A stretch of DNA of 64,000 bases from Botryllus schlosseri (lineage: Eukaryota): the NCBI GenBank assembly GCA_051294905.1, contig CM119382.1:5580001-5644000 (forward strand). Reading direction: 5' to 3'. Every line of letters begins with the position of its first letter. Within the stretch, counting starts at the first letter, position 1. A program made the translations under genes and the position numbers. The notes under the pieces are model-generated. The model was not told the origin of the DNA. It saw only the letters and a program-made list of their open reading frames with translations, and made no database searches. Below are positions 24,394-36,500 of the stretch, in pieces.

Positions 24394-25376
24394 CTTGGGA
24401 CAACGGGACTGGAGTTACATGCAACCCAACAGAAGTATTTATTGACAATGATTCCTACTAGAAAAAAAAATTATCTTTCATCCAAAGGGCATGAAGTTAA
24501 CAACTCAACTGTGCCAAAGCAGATTATTACGGTGGTTACGGCGGACTTAAAGTACATTTTGTTATATATTAGCTCCTTGATGCATGATGCTATGGCTTCC
24601 TAAACAATTACTAGCTTAACCTGATAAACTTCTTCACAAATTAACAAATCGCAAATTTTTAGCGAAGCTGTTAATAATGGGTTGCATTGCCGTTAATGCA
24701 CTGGTACAGAATAAGAATCTACATTAAGTACACCCCGATCACTAAACATGCCCCAGACAATACATGACGCACCTGCAACACAGCGCCGATTTATATTTCG
24801 TATTACGCTATTACAGCACTAGGCCTAGGCCTATAGTGTCCGAACTCCGGACACGGACGCCGACAGCCTTTTCCAAAGTATCCATTTACTGTTGTCCATA
24901 CTTTCAACGGACACTACGAAATCGGTACGCGATCAACGATAACTACGGCATATGATGACAAAAAGTTTGAAAATGAATATCAACTGATAAGTGATATTGA
25001 AAAGCTTGATGATTTTAGCATCAGAATTACTTCCTATTCATTTCTAACTGAAAAACATCATTTCCGAAACAAAACTTTTGCTCTCAATCTAATTATTTTT
25101 GTTAGTTTGGAGTATACCTGCTTTTTCATTTGAATCTTGTCGAGTAGATGTGATTTTGTTTTGTGCGCATAATTTTGTTTGGAAATCGCACCTGTGCGAC
25201 TTTGCACGATGTTGCAATCTATAGTCTTTTTGCAATAATTTCAGTGGCAAATATGGATTGCAAGTCATCAAGTACTAGCCATATTAATGGCATATCTACG
25301 GTGAATTATAATTGATCGTCGTCCGACGCGATCAAGTAATTTTGTTCACCCACTGTCATATTAATACATAGCATAT

Positions 25377-25890
25377 TTGTTTTCATCACAACATCATATG
25401 ATCAGGACGGAATACAAGAAAATGCATTGCTCTATCAAGTATGCCGGACCCCAATTGTGGGAGCAGCATCTCGCCGGCCACCGACAATCGTCGAGCAACG
25501 AGCATGTCCGCATTCAAGTCGAAATACAAGCAATTTCTTCTAAATTAATACTAGTCAGCCTTCAGGATTACCGGACAGCGACCTAACATCGACCTCGCCT
25601 TCCGCCACATGCCACCTTATTTTGTCGCTTGCGTCTTATATTCTCTGCATTAATTTTCAGTGTGCATATCAATCAATCAAATATTTTCATCGTTTTAAAA
25701 CATCACAAGACTGCGATGCGATGAAAAGATAGGAAAGTGTCGAAACAACTTGGAGTAGCCTTTAAGATCAGTCACCCACCATAGCCTAGGCGAAGTAAAG
25801 AATAGGCATGCACACTGAATGAAAAGTAATGCAGAGAATATAAGACGCCAAGCGACAAAATGAGGTGGCATGTGGCGGAGGGCATGCCTC
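25377..25890. mobile_element. Two LINE 3' fragments in inverted orientation
   Basis: Plus copy with CSIKYAGPQLW and UTR (25377-25680), followed by a minus copy of UTR and tail (25695-25890). Confidence 0.65.
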
Positions 25891-25909
25891 TTCTTTACTT
25901 CGCCTCGGT

Positions 25910-26394
25910 CAGTGGTTCTCAACCAGGCACGAAGAATATATAGACCGAATTTCCTATTTTTTAAATGCTCTCATGCTCATCAACAGTCATATCACCTTCC
26001 ATACCGAGCGAGATAGTGTAATGGTTGTGCGTGCGGCTTCTCGAGCGGTAGGTCGTGGGTTCGATCCCCGGCCGGGTCATACCAAAGACTCGAAAATAGG
26101 TATCCGCAGCTATCCTGCTAGGCGCTCAGCAATCACGGATAGCATGGAGGTGAAAAAAAAAACGGGGGCGCAGACTAGATGACCTCATGGGGCCGTATCG
26201 CAACTCCGTCGTCAAAGCATCTCGATGGTGCAGGCGAAAAAGAATATCATATCTCTCTCTCATCTCTCATGTCATCAAGCAATTTGTTGGGGTTACTAGC
26301 ATCCCGGTTGGATTTTGTGACATGACGATAAGGGGGCGCGAAATTTTTCACCATTATAAAGGGGGCGTGCCTAAAAAAAGATTGGGAACCACTG
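25910..26394. mobile_element. hAT-like MITE (CAGTGGTT termini) carrying a SINE
   Basis: CAGTGGTTCTCAA / TTGGGAACCACTG; the reverse complement of the right part matches 52969-53090; no clean TSD. Confidence 0.7.
26004..26270 (+). mobile_element. tRNA-derived SINE
   Basis: A-box-like gatagtgtaatggt, B box ggttcgatccc, then ggtcataccaaagact..gcgctcagca..ggatagcatggagg; second copy at 18573-18740. Confidence 0.75.
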
Positions 26395-26978
26395 ACCTAT
26401 AGGCCAAGGTGGGTGTCTGATATTAAACACTTCTCCAAGTTGTTTCGACACCTTCCCATCTTTTCATTGTATCGCACTTATGTGGTGTTTTGAAACGATG
26501 AAAATATTAATAAAACTGATTGATTGATTGCAATATTACATTTATTATAACTCGAAGCCTTTTCGGATGTAACCTTCAGGTTCTGTACCAAGGCGCGAAC
26601 CAGCTATTTTTATATTATGTACATTGTACAAGCATAGATATATAAAGACTATGGTATGAGTACAGATAGTGCTTCCAACCAATACAATCTCATCATGCAA
26701 TGAACGATAGAAAAGCGTCGAAATATGACTACACAAGTGCATAGTGTTCAGATCTGAGCTGAATGTGTGCTTATATATTTAATATTCATCAGATTATAGT
26801 TTCATCTGCCCAAGACATACACGCAATGTACAATGCGATATACAAGACACACAATGCGAAGTACCGAACAGACGGGAGGATGCCGAACGACTAACCAGTT
26901 GCGCTCTTTCCTTCTTTATCGGGTCTTTTTTGTGTGGACTTTTTGTCGCCGTAAGAACAGCGACACGGAGCCCAGAAT

Positions 26979-27052
26979 AACATCCTACGGCGAGAATCGA
27001 AACCGCGCCGCATGCGTAGATGGCGCCGACGCCATAACCACTACGCTATGTT
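26979..27052 (-). pseudogene. Degenerate tRNA(Glu)-like sequence or SINE head
   Basis: Minus strand aacatagcgTAGTGGTTAtggcgTCGGCGCcatctacgcatGCGGCgcggTTTCGATTctcg resembles eukaryotic tRNA-Glu boxes, but the cloverleaf does not close. Confidence 0.45.
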
Positions 27053-27266
27053 CCACGCAGATCGGACCGTATTCAAGGCACGATGCTTGCGTTCTCGCCT
27101 GTCGCCAGACGACGCTAGCAAGACGAGACAAACGCTGCCATGTTTAACTCTTTCTTCCCTACGAGCATCTTTGGAACTGTTGTTGAGTTGGTTGCAATGG
27201 AAGTACCATTTGGCGATCACAGCGCCGTCCACTATTATCTCACTGAAATATCTTATTTTTAGGAAT

Positions 27267-27780
27267 CAGGGTGTTGTAATGACTCGAGTAATTTTCTCAA
27301 AATTCGGGAATGACTCGACTCAAGTCAATCTGTGTATTGACTCGACTTGGACTTGAGTCGTTGCGCATGACTCGAACCAAGAAATATGACTCGAGACTCA
27401 GACGGCCAAGACCGACATTTCATTGTTATTTCGAAAAACAGTAAAGTAACGGGCCTATTGGGATTTCGTATATCGGTACTTGTACTTGAAAATGCAACCA
27501 GAAACTGTGAGGAAAATGGACATATTAATAATGCGAACCATTCGATATCGACAATCAGAGTTATATAAATGGGTTCAACAGGACTTTAACTGGAAACTGA
27601 GCAGTCAACACAATGACTTCGAGTCATAATACCATGACTCAGACTCGAACCTCTGTTCGATGACTTGGACTCGGACTTGACTCAGTGGTGAATTGAAAAT
27701 GACTCGACTTGACTCGAGTCAAAGACATACAAGTGAGATTGACTTGTTACTCGGAGCTTTGTGACTTGGTTACAACCCTG
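27267..27780. mobile_element. hAT-type GACTCGAGTC MITE
   Basis: Same family; perfect 8-bp TSD TTAGGAAT (27259-27266, 27781-27788). Confidence 0.9.
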
Positions 27781-30575
27781 TTAGGAATAAACCTGTGTCT
27801 GTCATATTCATAGAACTGCTACCCGACTCGCCGTCTACTTAACTAAATGATGAGGATTGATCCGACAAGAATAGAGTGCCCGCACGTATCAACCACAAAC
27901 TGACAAAACCTGTCGCCACAAACCGTGTGGAGTACCAATAGGAGTGTATTACGATAGGAGTATATTACGAGTGCTTTATTTTAAACATTTGATATCACAA
28001 TGGTTAGTGGGCGTTATAATTAATACCGATAATATACCAAGAAACGTGCAACGAATGGAATGAAATATATGATACAAGAAATGATCGGTCTAGCGATCAT
28101 GCATCGGACTGAGAATATGTGGGAAGAGATCCTTTCGCCCGTTAGCGTAATCCGGGGACAATGTCGCATAAGCCCATCCGTATTGGGTAATATATGTAAC
28201 ACAGAGAGAGGTGATCTGTAATCCCCCTCAAACAGCACCGGAATCTGGACCTTTAAGCGCACGCCTCAGCATAGGCTGGATCATTAAACTATCGAGTGTT
28301 AAATGTTACATTCAATAATTAAACTGAAACACAGTGACGTCACAACACTCAGATTACGCTACGAGATGAAAGGTATTTTACCTCGACATCAAGACCATGC
28401 TCATTCCCAGCCAGGGTACAGAGTAGTGCTATTACAGAAGGCAAAATGGCAGATTTGATGCGGCATTGCGGCTCATATATCAGAGCCAGCTGCTGGACGA
28501 AATGTAAGTTCACAAACAGAAAAAGCAAGAAAAGAACACATAACACTGACTTCGACACAACACGGGACATTCACAGTTACATGCCAACATCACCGACACC
28601 TAAAAAACACACCATTCACTCACGAACAGTACATCAAGGATATGAGGGTATTCGATTTATGCCAGTAGTAATTGAAATAAAATGACCCATTAGGATTCCA
28701 AGTAGCCCCATGATTTGCAAAGTAACTGTAAATCATATTCACAATGTCCAGAGAGCACAAGTTTGAACTACATTGAGTGAGGTGGCATGGCAAAAATACA
28801 AGTCATTACATTCTAATATCAAACCACCATTTGAATACTATCAACTCATTTGGGAGAATATTTTTCAAACTTCAAATCATTTACAGACTTTGGCCAGGAG
28901 TCAAAATAGAACAACATTCTCCGCCCTACATAAAAATCAAACCAAGCAGCCATCCAAATTTCCGGTGGGGTCAAGTCAAGGCTGACCAATTGTCGGTGTC
29001 AACATCAGATAGAAAATTAGGGGCATCTCTAACCTGTTCTGTATCAAACCATAATCACCTGTTTCGATCACAAGAAGTGGATCATCATAGGGAATTTAAA
29101 ATTAAATGTTCAGTAGACATTCCAGTGTTCGATAACTTGTATAACAGTACCAATCGCAGTATAAAATTCAGATAAAAGTCACTACCAAAGGAAACGCTAC
29201 CATTTGAGTGTAAAAATATTTCGGAAATGTTACGTAAACACATATGAATCGTGGAAGCACCGACACATGACATAAACAGTATTATCACAGAATTTCGATT
29301 AGTATCTAGTACCATACCGCGTAACGCATGTGCTAACTGTACCGAAATAATATGAAGAATTTGTGTGAGAAGGCAAAAATACTGTATCAATAGACGCACA
29401 AGACTTTAACTACCACTTTGAAATGTTCCGAGGGCTATGAGAGTAATGAATTATTGAAATCAAAGACAATATTATTAACCTTATTGTATCTATCAGCAGT
29501 CTTAACCTCAGCTCATGTTGTGATGTATCATCCGCAACTTTTGAAACACAATACACACACGTTTTGTTACAGACTAACAAGCCAGAATCTGTTCTGTACA
29601 AAGGCGGCCATTGTTGGCGTCTCACAAACGGGTGAATGGCGCTGAATAAAACATGATTTCAACACATGTAGTACCTTTCACGTAACAAATCACTGGTACG
29701 CACAGCTGAGCTGTGCGACGCTCAACAAATTTAGTCACTTGACTGAGTGTAGACTAAGGAATCGAAGGGGGTGATGTCAGATTATATTTTCACACATTTC
29801 ATTGATTATATTTAACCTTTGGCGGTGATACAATAAACGGGCTTACAACTTACAATTGACCACAGGTTGTAAGGTGACATATTACAAACGTATCATAAGC
29901 ATAAAATGACCACAACTAGACCCATATCATCTCGAATAAACTTGCCTTTCTGCAGTGCAGTCGCTGCAATTCTGATCGTAACGGCGGTGATCCACAAAAG
30001 TAGATATCGGGGATGCATCCCGATGGCGAGTTCTCATAAATAGGTCGAGTGGTAAGCGAGAATTTGAAATGATAAGCCTCATTCCACTTTAGCGTCTATT
30101 TACCAACGAGAATTGCAGTTTGATTCTATTTGCCAACGTGGAAGACTTTGAAATCACGATCGGTCGCATCACAGCGTACGAAACATTAGTGCAAAGCTTC
30201 CCATGTTGGTAGAAATGATATTTACGCGTCCCGATCATCCCACAGCATTGCGAAAAAGAGCATGAAATTGGTGTTGTCAAAAGAAGTCAGGTTTATCGTT
30301 AATGTGATGTGGTACCGACATCATTTTATTTGTGGTTGCGTAAAAGGTACGTATGTGAACTTTCTACGTCATTTATACTCTTACTCGACTTGCAAGTATT
30401 GGGCAGGTTGAAATCTGGCCATGAAATCCTCCGATTGAACTTGGAATATTGCGAATCTGTTATTTTGCGGATATAATCGAACGATATCCGGCTAGAAATG
30501 CATTTTACATTGGCGGGGGGAGGGGGGGGCAGTCTTTCGGCAAACCGACGTACGAAATCGACAGAATCGTGATTT

Positions 30576-33500
30576 TCAGTCCCTGTGCGGCTTGATGCGC
30601 GGCCACATCCCGAGCAGGTTTCTGGCAATGTAGCCCTCGCGATCTTGCTTCCGCGCCCACCACCATTCCGATTCACTGAAAGAAACAGGAATATAAAATG
30701 ATATTAAATAATTCAACATGCACCTTCCGACACTTCCGACGGTATCGATATTGTGACATTCACAACTCAAACATACGGGATGAAAAACGCTCAACTTTGG
30801 GCGTTCTAAATTGAATATTCATGGCCGCGGCCCGTGGCGGCATCACGCCGGCCATGTTAAATTTTAAATGCGCCAATGCTAATCCAGTTGTCAGCAGCAA
30901 GGCAATACAAAAATATCGCAATTTTAAATTCACGGTATGGCACAAAATAACGCACGGGTTCCAATTTTCATCACTCGTCTCTCAGATTTAATATTTTATA
31001 TCCAAAATTCGTTTTGCATCATGATCAAATATGAGTCTAGTCCGTTTCCGGCTTTGACTGCAATTTAATTGAAAAGTAGCACAGAAAATTGTAAATGATT
31101 CCACAACAGCCTTGAACATTTCGATTTCCGAAAATTGTCGCCGAGATTGCGTTTTACGCAGTGCATGTTTCATTGTTTACGAGATATCAGGTACTCGCTG
31201 ATCGACAGCACTGCCACACTCGCCGGCAAACTTGTCACACGCGCAAGTTCGTCAACACGAGAACCTTGTATAATCGTCATTTCCGCATGCGCTAACCCCT
31301 AACCCCTTCTATCTTTTTCAAACCCCTATTTTTGTTTTGGCTGGCTACGTGCCTGATCATGGGTAATATTGAAAGCCTCGGATTCATAATATACTTATTT
31401 GTCTCACTCTATACTTGTTTATTTGAACAGATAAAAGACAGTTTCTGGGCCTATTTTTCAACTATCAGTCCTGATATAAGAGACTAAGTCATACAGAATG
31501 TGTCGAGTCATGCGCAATTACTCGAGTCAATATACAAATTGACTTGAGACGAGTCGAGTCGCGATTAGAGTCATTACAACCCAGGTTAGTGATCTATAGT
31601 TTGACGAACTCACGCCTGTAATTTACAAAACAGCATATGACTGAGTAACAGCATAAAAAATTATGATCACAACTCCGAAAACGTCACCAAGCTCAATTCC
31701 GCAGTTACAATACTTACTTTTCGTCGCCTCTACGGAGGATGGTCATGATGTCGCCGTCTCGGAACGACAGCTCATCGTCTTCAGCGGCGTCGTAGTCAAA
31801 CAACGCAAAAACTTGGCCTTTATTCACCATGCCAAACTTTTCCTGCACAAAATGCGTAAAATATTAAACAAGACTGTCATTTCTGCCATGTTCCATCGCC
31901 AAACGCTGGCGGCCGAGATCAACAGCACAGGCGAAAAAGCAGCCCAAAATGACAGACTGAACTGACGGCTTGACAAGTACGCAACAGGAATGCCCGATAT
32001 CTGATCAACACACCAAGGCGTCATGTCATATTCATAGGATTGTTGCAGTATCACGTGGGAGAGACTTGTACGGGCTGCTGGATTTTCAAAATGCGCAACT
32101 AGGACTAGAACTTGAACTACTCCCAACTAGAACTAGAACTGACGAACTAAAGCACAACTAACTAAGATAGTAAATGATAACATAAATTACAAAATCGCAA
32201 GATATTCAGTAGTTAATCGACCATCAACTACCTAGATTGGTAGTTTGGACTTTTTAGACTAATGCTACTTTAATACTACGCAAAACCAGCAGAAAATATG
32301 AAATATCAAGTCTGTTAGAGAATGTTATCGGGACTGTGAATTGCGAATGACGCTCTGCCTAAGATTGTGGTTACGAATTACGAAACCGTGAGATCGGAAA
32401 AGTGAGACTAACACACCATGGCCTTGAGCAATGCTTGTAGACCAAAATTAGGTTTAAAGAGCCATTCTTCGCTGGAATTAATTTCCCCGTGCTGTTATTT
32501 CATGTGCCTAGTTTATGTATAATGTGCTCATTATTATACAGGAGAGAGCGTTTGAGGATAGCAACAAATGCAGAGACTTGGCGCGCTTCGTTCCTTAAAA
32601 TTCAGATTTCTATTTGAACTTCCAATCAAAAATACATGAGGCGGCACTGAAAAACCGAGTTGCCAACATCATTGCTATCAAGCCGAACTCAATTTACAAA
32701 TCAAACTTCCGCAAACAATGAATCCACTGTGCAAACAACGGGCCGGTAGTGCCTAACAATAGACAACCGGGGAAATTAGAAAATTGTGCCTACACAAGCC
32801 TTCAGCAATGTCATTCAATTTGCTCACACTACCATTTTTAATGAGGTACTTGGAAATACCGAAAACCAAACTTCGTTGATAACGCCATCTCAAATTTTCC
32901 ATTTCATTGAAAAATGCATGTGTTTACGTCAACTAGATTAGCATCACTTTGTGGTAACATAAGTAAGTGTAACGAACACAGCCTTGGCCCTTAAGGTGTT
33001 GTCTATTATTGTCTATTTTATCTCTTTATTATCTGAAAGGCAAGGCTTGCATTCATGAAATCCACGGGCATTCAAGGAAAAACAATGCAGACTGGAGCAG
33101 CGATAAAAATTAGATATTTTCAACCCCTAAAGTTGATATCATTCGACAATGAAGTTCCTACACGAAAGTTGAAGTTGAATCATATCATATTCATAATGAA
33201 TAAACACATAGTCGTGATACAATTGTTGATATACGATGTTCTTTCCAATTCTCTATTTGTTGCTGACAGACGAGTGTCAGCCGAAAATATTCGTGTTTAT
33301 TTCGATATGAATATATTATTCAATTGTATATTGAAGTTCTGCACCTACAAGAAGCTCCCAGAAGAGACTTAAGAATAATCGAAGCCCTACGGCTTAACCC
33401 GCACCTGAATTCCCACCAAGTAGTCGAAACACTGCTGATAACCGTCGTCCAGCTCCTCGCATTTGTCAGCTGCGGTCTCACCATCGCTAATCGTCGTGGC

Positions 33501-36500
33501 AAAGATACAGGCCCCGTTTTCGACAAGAAACTTTGCCATGTTGAGGTTATTGCAAGATGCCGCGCAATGCAACGGAGTCCAACCGTCGGTGTCAGCCGCG
33601 TTGATATCGCTCCTGTACAGGAAGGGCACAGTCAAATCACGCACGGCAAGTAAACACTACCAGTCTGTGAAGTTTGTCATATACCGGTAATTTTTAAGAA
33701 TGCAGCGATCAATTGAAAAACAGCTATGTCTAATTTAATTTATATGACGCATTGGAAATTCAGAAAATCCACCAAAGAAACGTGCCAGCCGTTCGTCAAA
33801 TATAATCGAGTATCACGTTACTCGTGTAGTGTGCATGATATCAATGGAATCGGTACCGTAGCAGCACTTAGGCACCCCGCAAAACGCTGGTCTTGGGCGC
33901 CCCATAGGGTGATCAACCAAAGATTTCGGAACCTCTGAAACGCACCAGACTTAAAGAATTTCTTTGGTGTGACGCATGGATAATTTTTCTCCACGGGCGG
34001 CAATTGTAATGTGGCGCACAGATTGCCAGGACCAGAATATTAGCCGACACCCACTTGGGCGCCTATGGACAATAGGGGGTGTTCAAAAATGACTTTTTAC
34101 TCAAATCGTACTGGCTACTTGATAAAATTGTTAGGTTACGTAATTTAAGCCTACACACCAAATTTGGTTCAATTCCAGCCAGTAGCCGCATTGCTACGGG
34201 AGAAGAAAGTTTCCATTAATTATATAAAAATATATAACATTAAAATTTGAAAATATTCTCTTCAAGTGTTAGGTTGTCTATAGAAACGATGCTCACCAAA
34301 AGTGGAAGTGGAGTTATTGCCGTCGAAAAATTTGAATTTGAATAAAATAGTATTTACGGTGGGCACCACTTTAATAGATGCCACTAATTAAAGAATTGGT
34401 CACCGTAAATACTATTTTATTCACAATCCGGATATTTCGACGGTACTAACTCCGCTTCCACTGGTTGGAATTGAACCAAAATTGGTGAACATCGTTTCTA
34501 TCGACAAATTAACACTTCCATGGGGTGAACAGAAAATTTTCAAATTTTTTGTTATTTATTTTTATGTAATAAATAGAAACTTCCTCATCCTGTAGCAATG
34601 CGGCTACTGGCTGGAATTGAACCAAATTTGGTGTGTAGGCTTAAATAAGGTAACCTAACAATTTTATCAAGTAGCCAGTACGATTTGAGAAAAAGAGTCA
34701 TTTTTGAACACCCCTAATGGACGAGGGAAAATATGACATATACGGTACATCAGTTTCGGCCTACATGAGGCGTTTTTTTTGGGTCAAGGTGTCGTCACAC
34801 ACCGAGCTATTTGGCAGCACACTTTGCAGAGTCGCATGTTAGCTGAAACGTCATTTGTCAACGTCTTGGTGTGTCGTGACGTGGTATTGGCCGACACCGA
34901 AATGCTTATCTCTATAAATTGCGTGTTTTTTTCTTAGGGAAGGGGAAGTCATATTGATAACACGGCATCAACTAACAATAAATTGCGCGGAACGTGAAGA
35001 AAATTTGAAAAGTTCTATAAATATATGAAAAATACTATAATTTATATGAATTTACGATGTCATTTTGGGACCCCTTCGAGCTTTGTCTCCATATATTGGG
35101 GGGTCCGGGGTGCGTCACTTACAGTCTGAATGGAATGTGCTTCTTATTTTTACCAAGAAAAACACAATGGTCAAACTGGAATTAGTCTCAGGTGATATAC
35201 AAATCATTGACCCTTTATGGAATGGAGTCATATGATTACACATAAACTTAGTCCAGACGCTACAAGCTACACACCAGGCGCGCGCAGGAAGTGGATTGAA
35301 ATACCAATCGCATTCTGATTTTTATCTTTGTTTGCCGACCAAACCTACATCATACAACCACAACATTGTACAAGCAGTGTGAACAAGAACACGCCTGCAG
35401 TAAAACAGGACTATCTCATCAGTCACACGTTAAAAAATTGTATCATACACTCAAACACAGACCAATCCACCAAGTCACAGGAGTCATTTGAATGTAACTC
35501 AACACCTCGTAAACTTTCCAAATAACCACAACTTCAAACTGACATCCCAGCAGCCAGATAGTAGATTATTCTGAGTGATTGAAAAGTGAACGCACACACC
35601 AGAAACAGATTCAGGAATTCAATATTAATCATGAAAGAAACTATAAATGTTATTACGACTAATGAATTGCACAAAAACCTTCAAGGTGTTGTGTTATGCC
35701 TGTGACAATGTTTAAATTTGTATTTAGAGTTCTTAGTTACCGTTAGCTTAATTCCTATTTATCGTTCCCACTGATGTGGTATCGTAACAAAATACTTAAA
35801 GGTCAGACTGATCCTTCAAAACAAACCAGTTCATGGTTAAAAAGTAGTACCGTATATATACTTTGGACCTATAAATGAGGTTATCATTAGCTAAGGCATT
35901 TACTAGTGAGAATAGAGTATTAGATTAGTAACTTTATTGAAATGCACTATCCAAACATGATACTTATCTCTCAATCTCGAAAGGAATCATCAAACCACAG
36001 ATAATCCCATACTACTGAAACACACAAGTAGCCTCAAGGCAAAATAGTTGAGGAATGAGTCACTTGTAGCTAGTGAAAAAAATAACATAGCAATTACAAG
36101 GAACACTCATGTCCAGTTTATACAGATGGCTTGTGAATTCTATTTTTAATCTTACCCTATAAGAGAAACACAATAGAAACGTAGTGGAAACTCAAGTTTG
36201 GATGGAACATTGTGTCGGCAGTACGAAAATCATAGAAATTGCAGTAACAGATATTAAGACAGTGTAAACCTGTATTCAATTACATCTATGGAATACGTTT
36301 GCGGAATCAACTGTGACAAGTATGGTGTTAGAATGTTACAATCTGTTACATCTTACATCAATTGTTTATCAGGAACTACAATTTGACACTCTCAAATCTC
36401 TACTCCCGCTGATATCAGTGGAAGCACACACTGTTGTGAAATTTCCTCCCGATCATCATAAAACCACGACACATTCCAACATGTTAATGTCATACCAAAA

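Noticed and set aside
28372-28510. Possible isolated exon on either strand (QLALIYEPQ.. or ..MADLMRHCG..)
   Set aside because: No partner exons or recognisable homology; may be chance or UTR.
30121-30135. Partial match to the Ciona spliced-leader start (attctatttg)
   Set aside because: Only 10 nt, with no donor or Sm site following; not an SL RNA gene.
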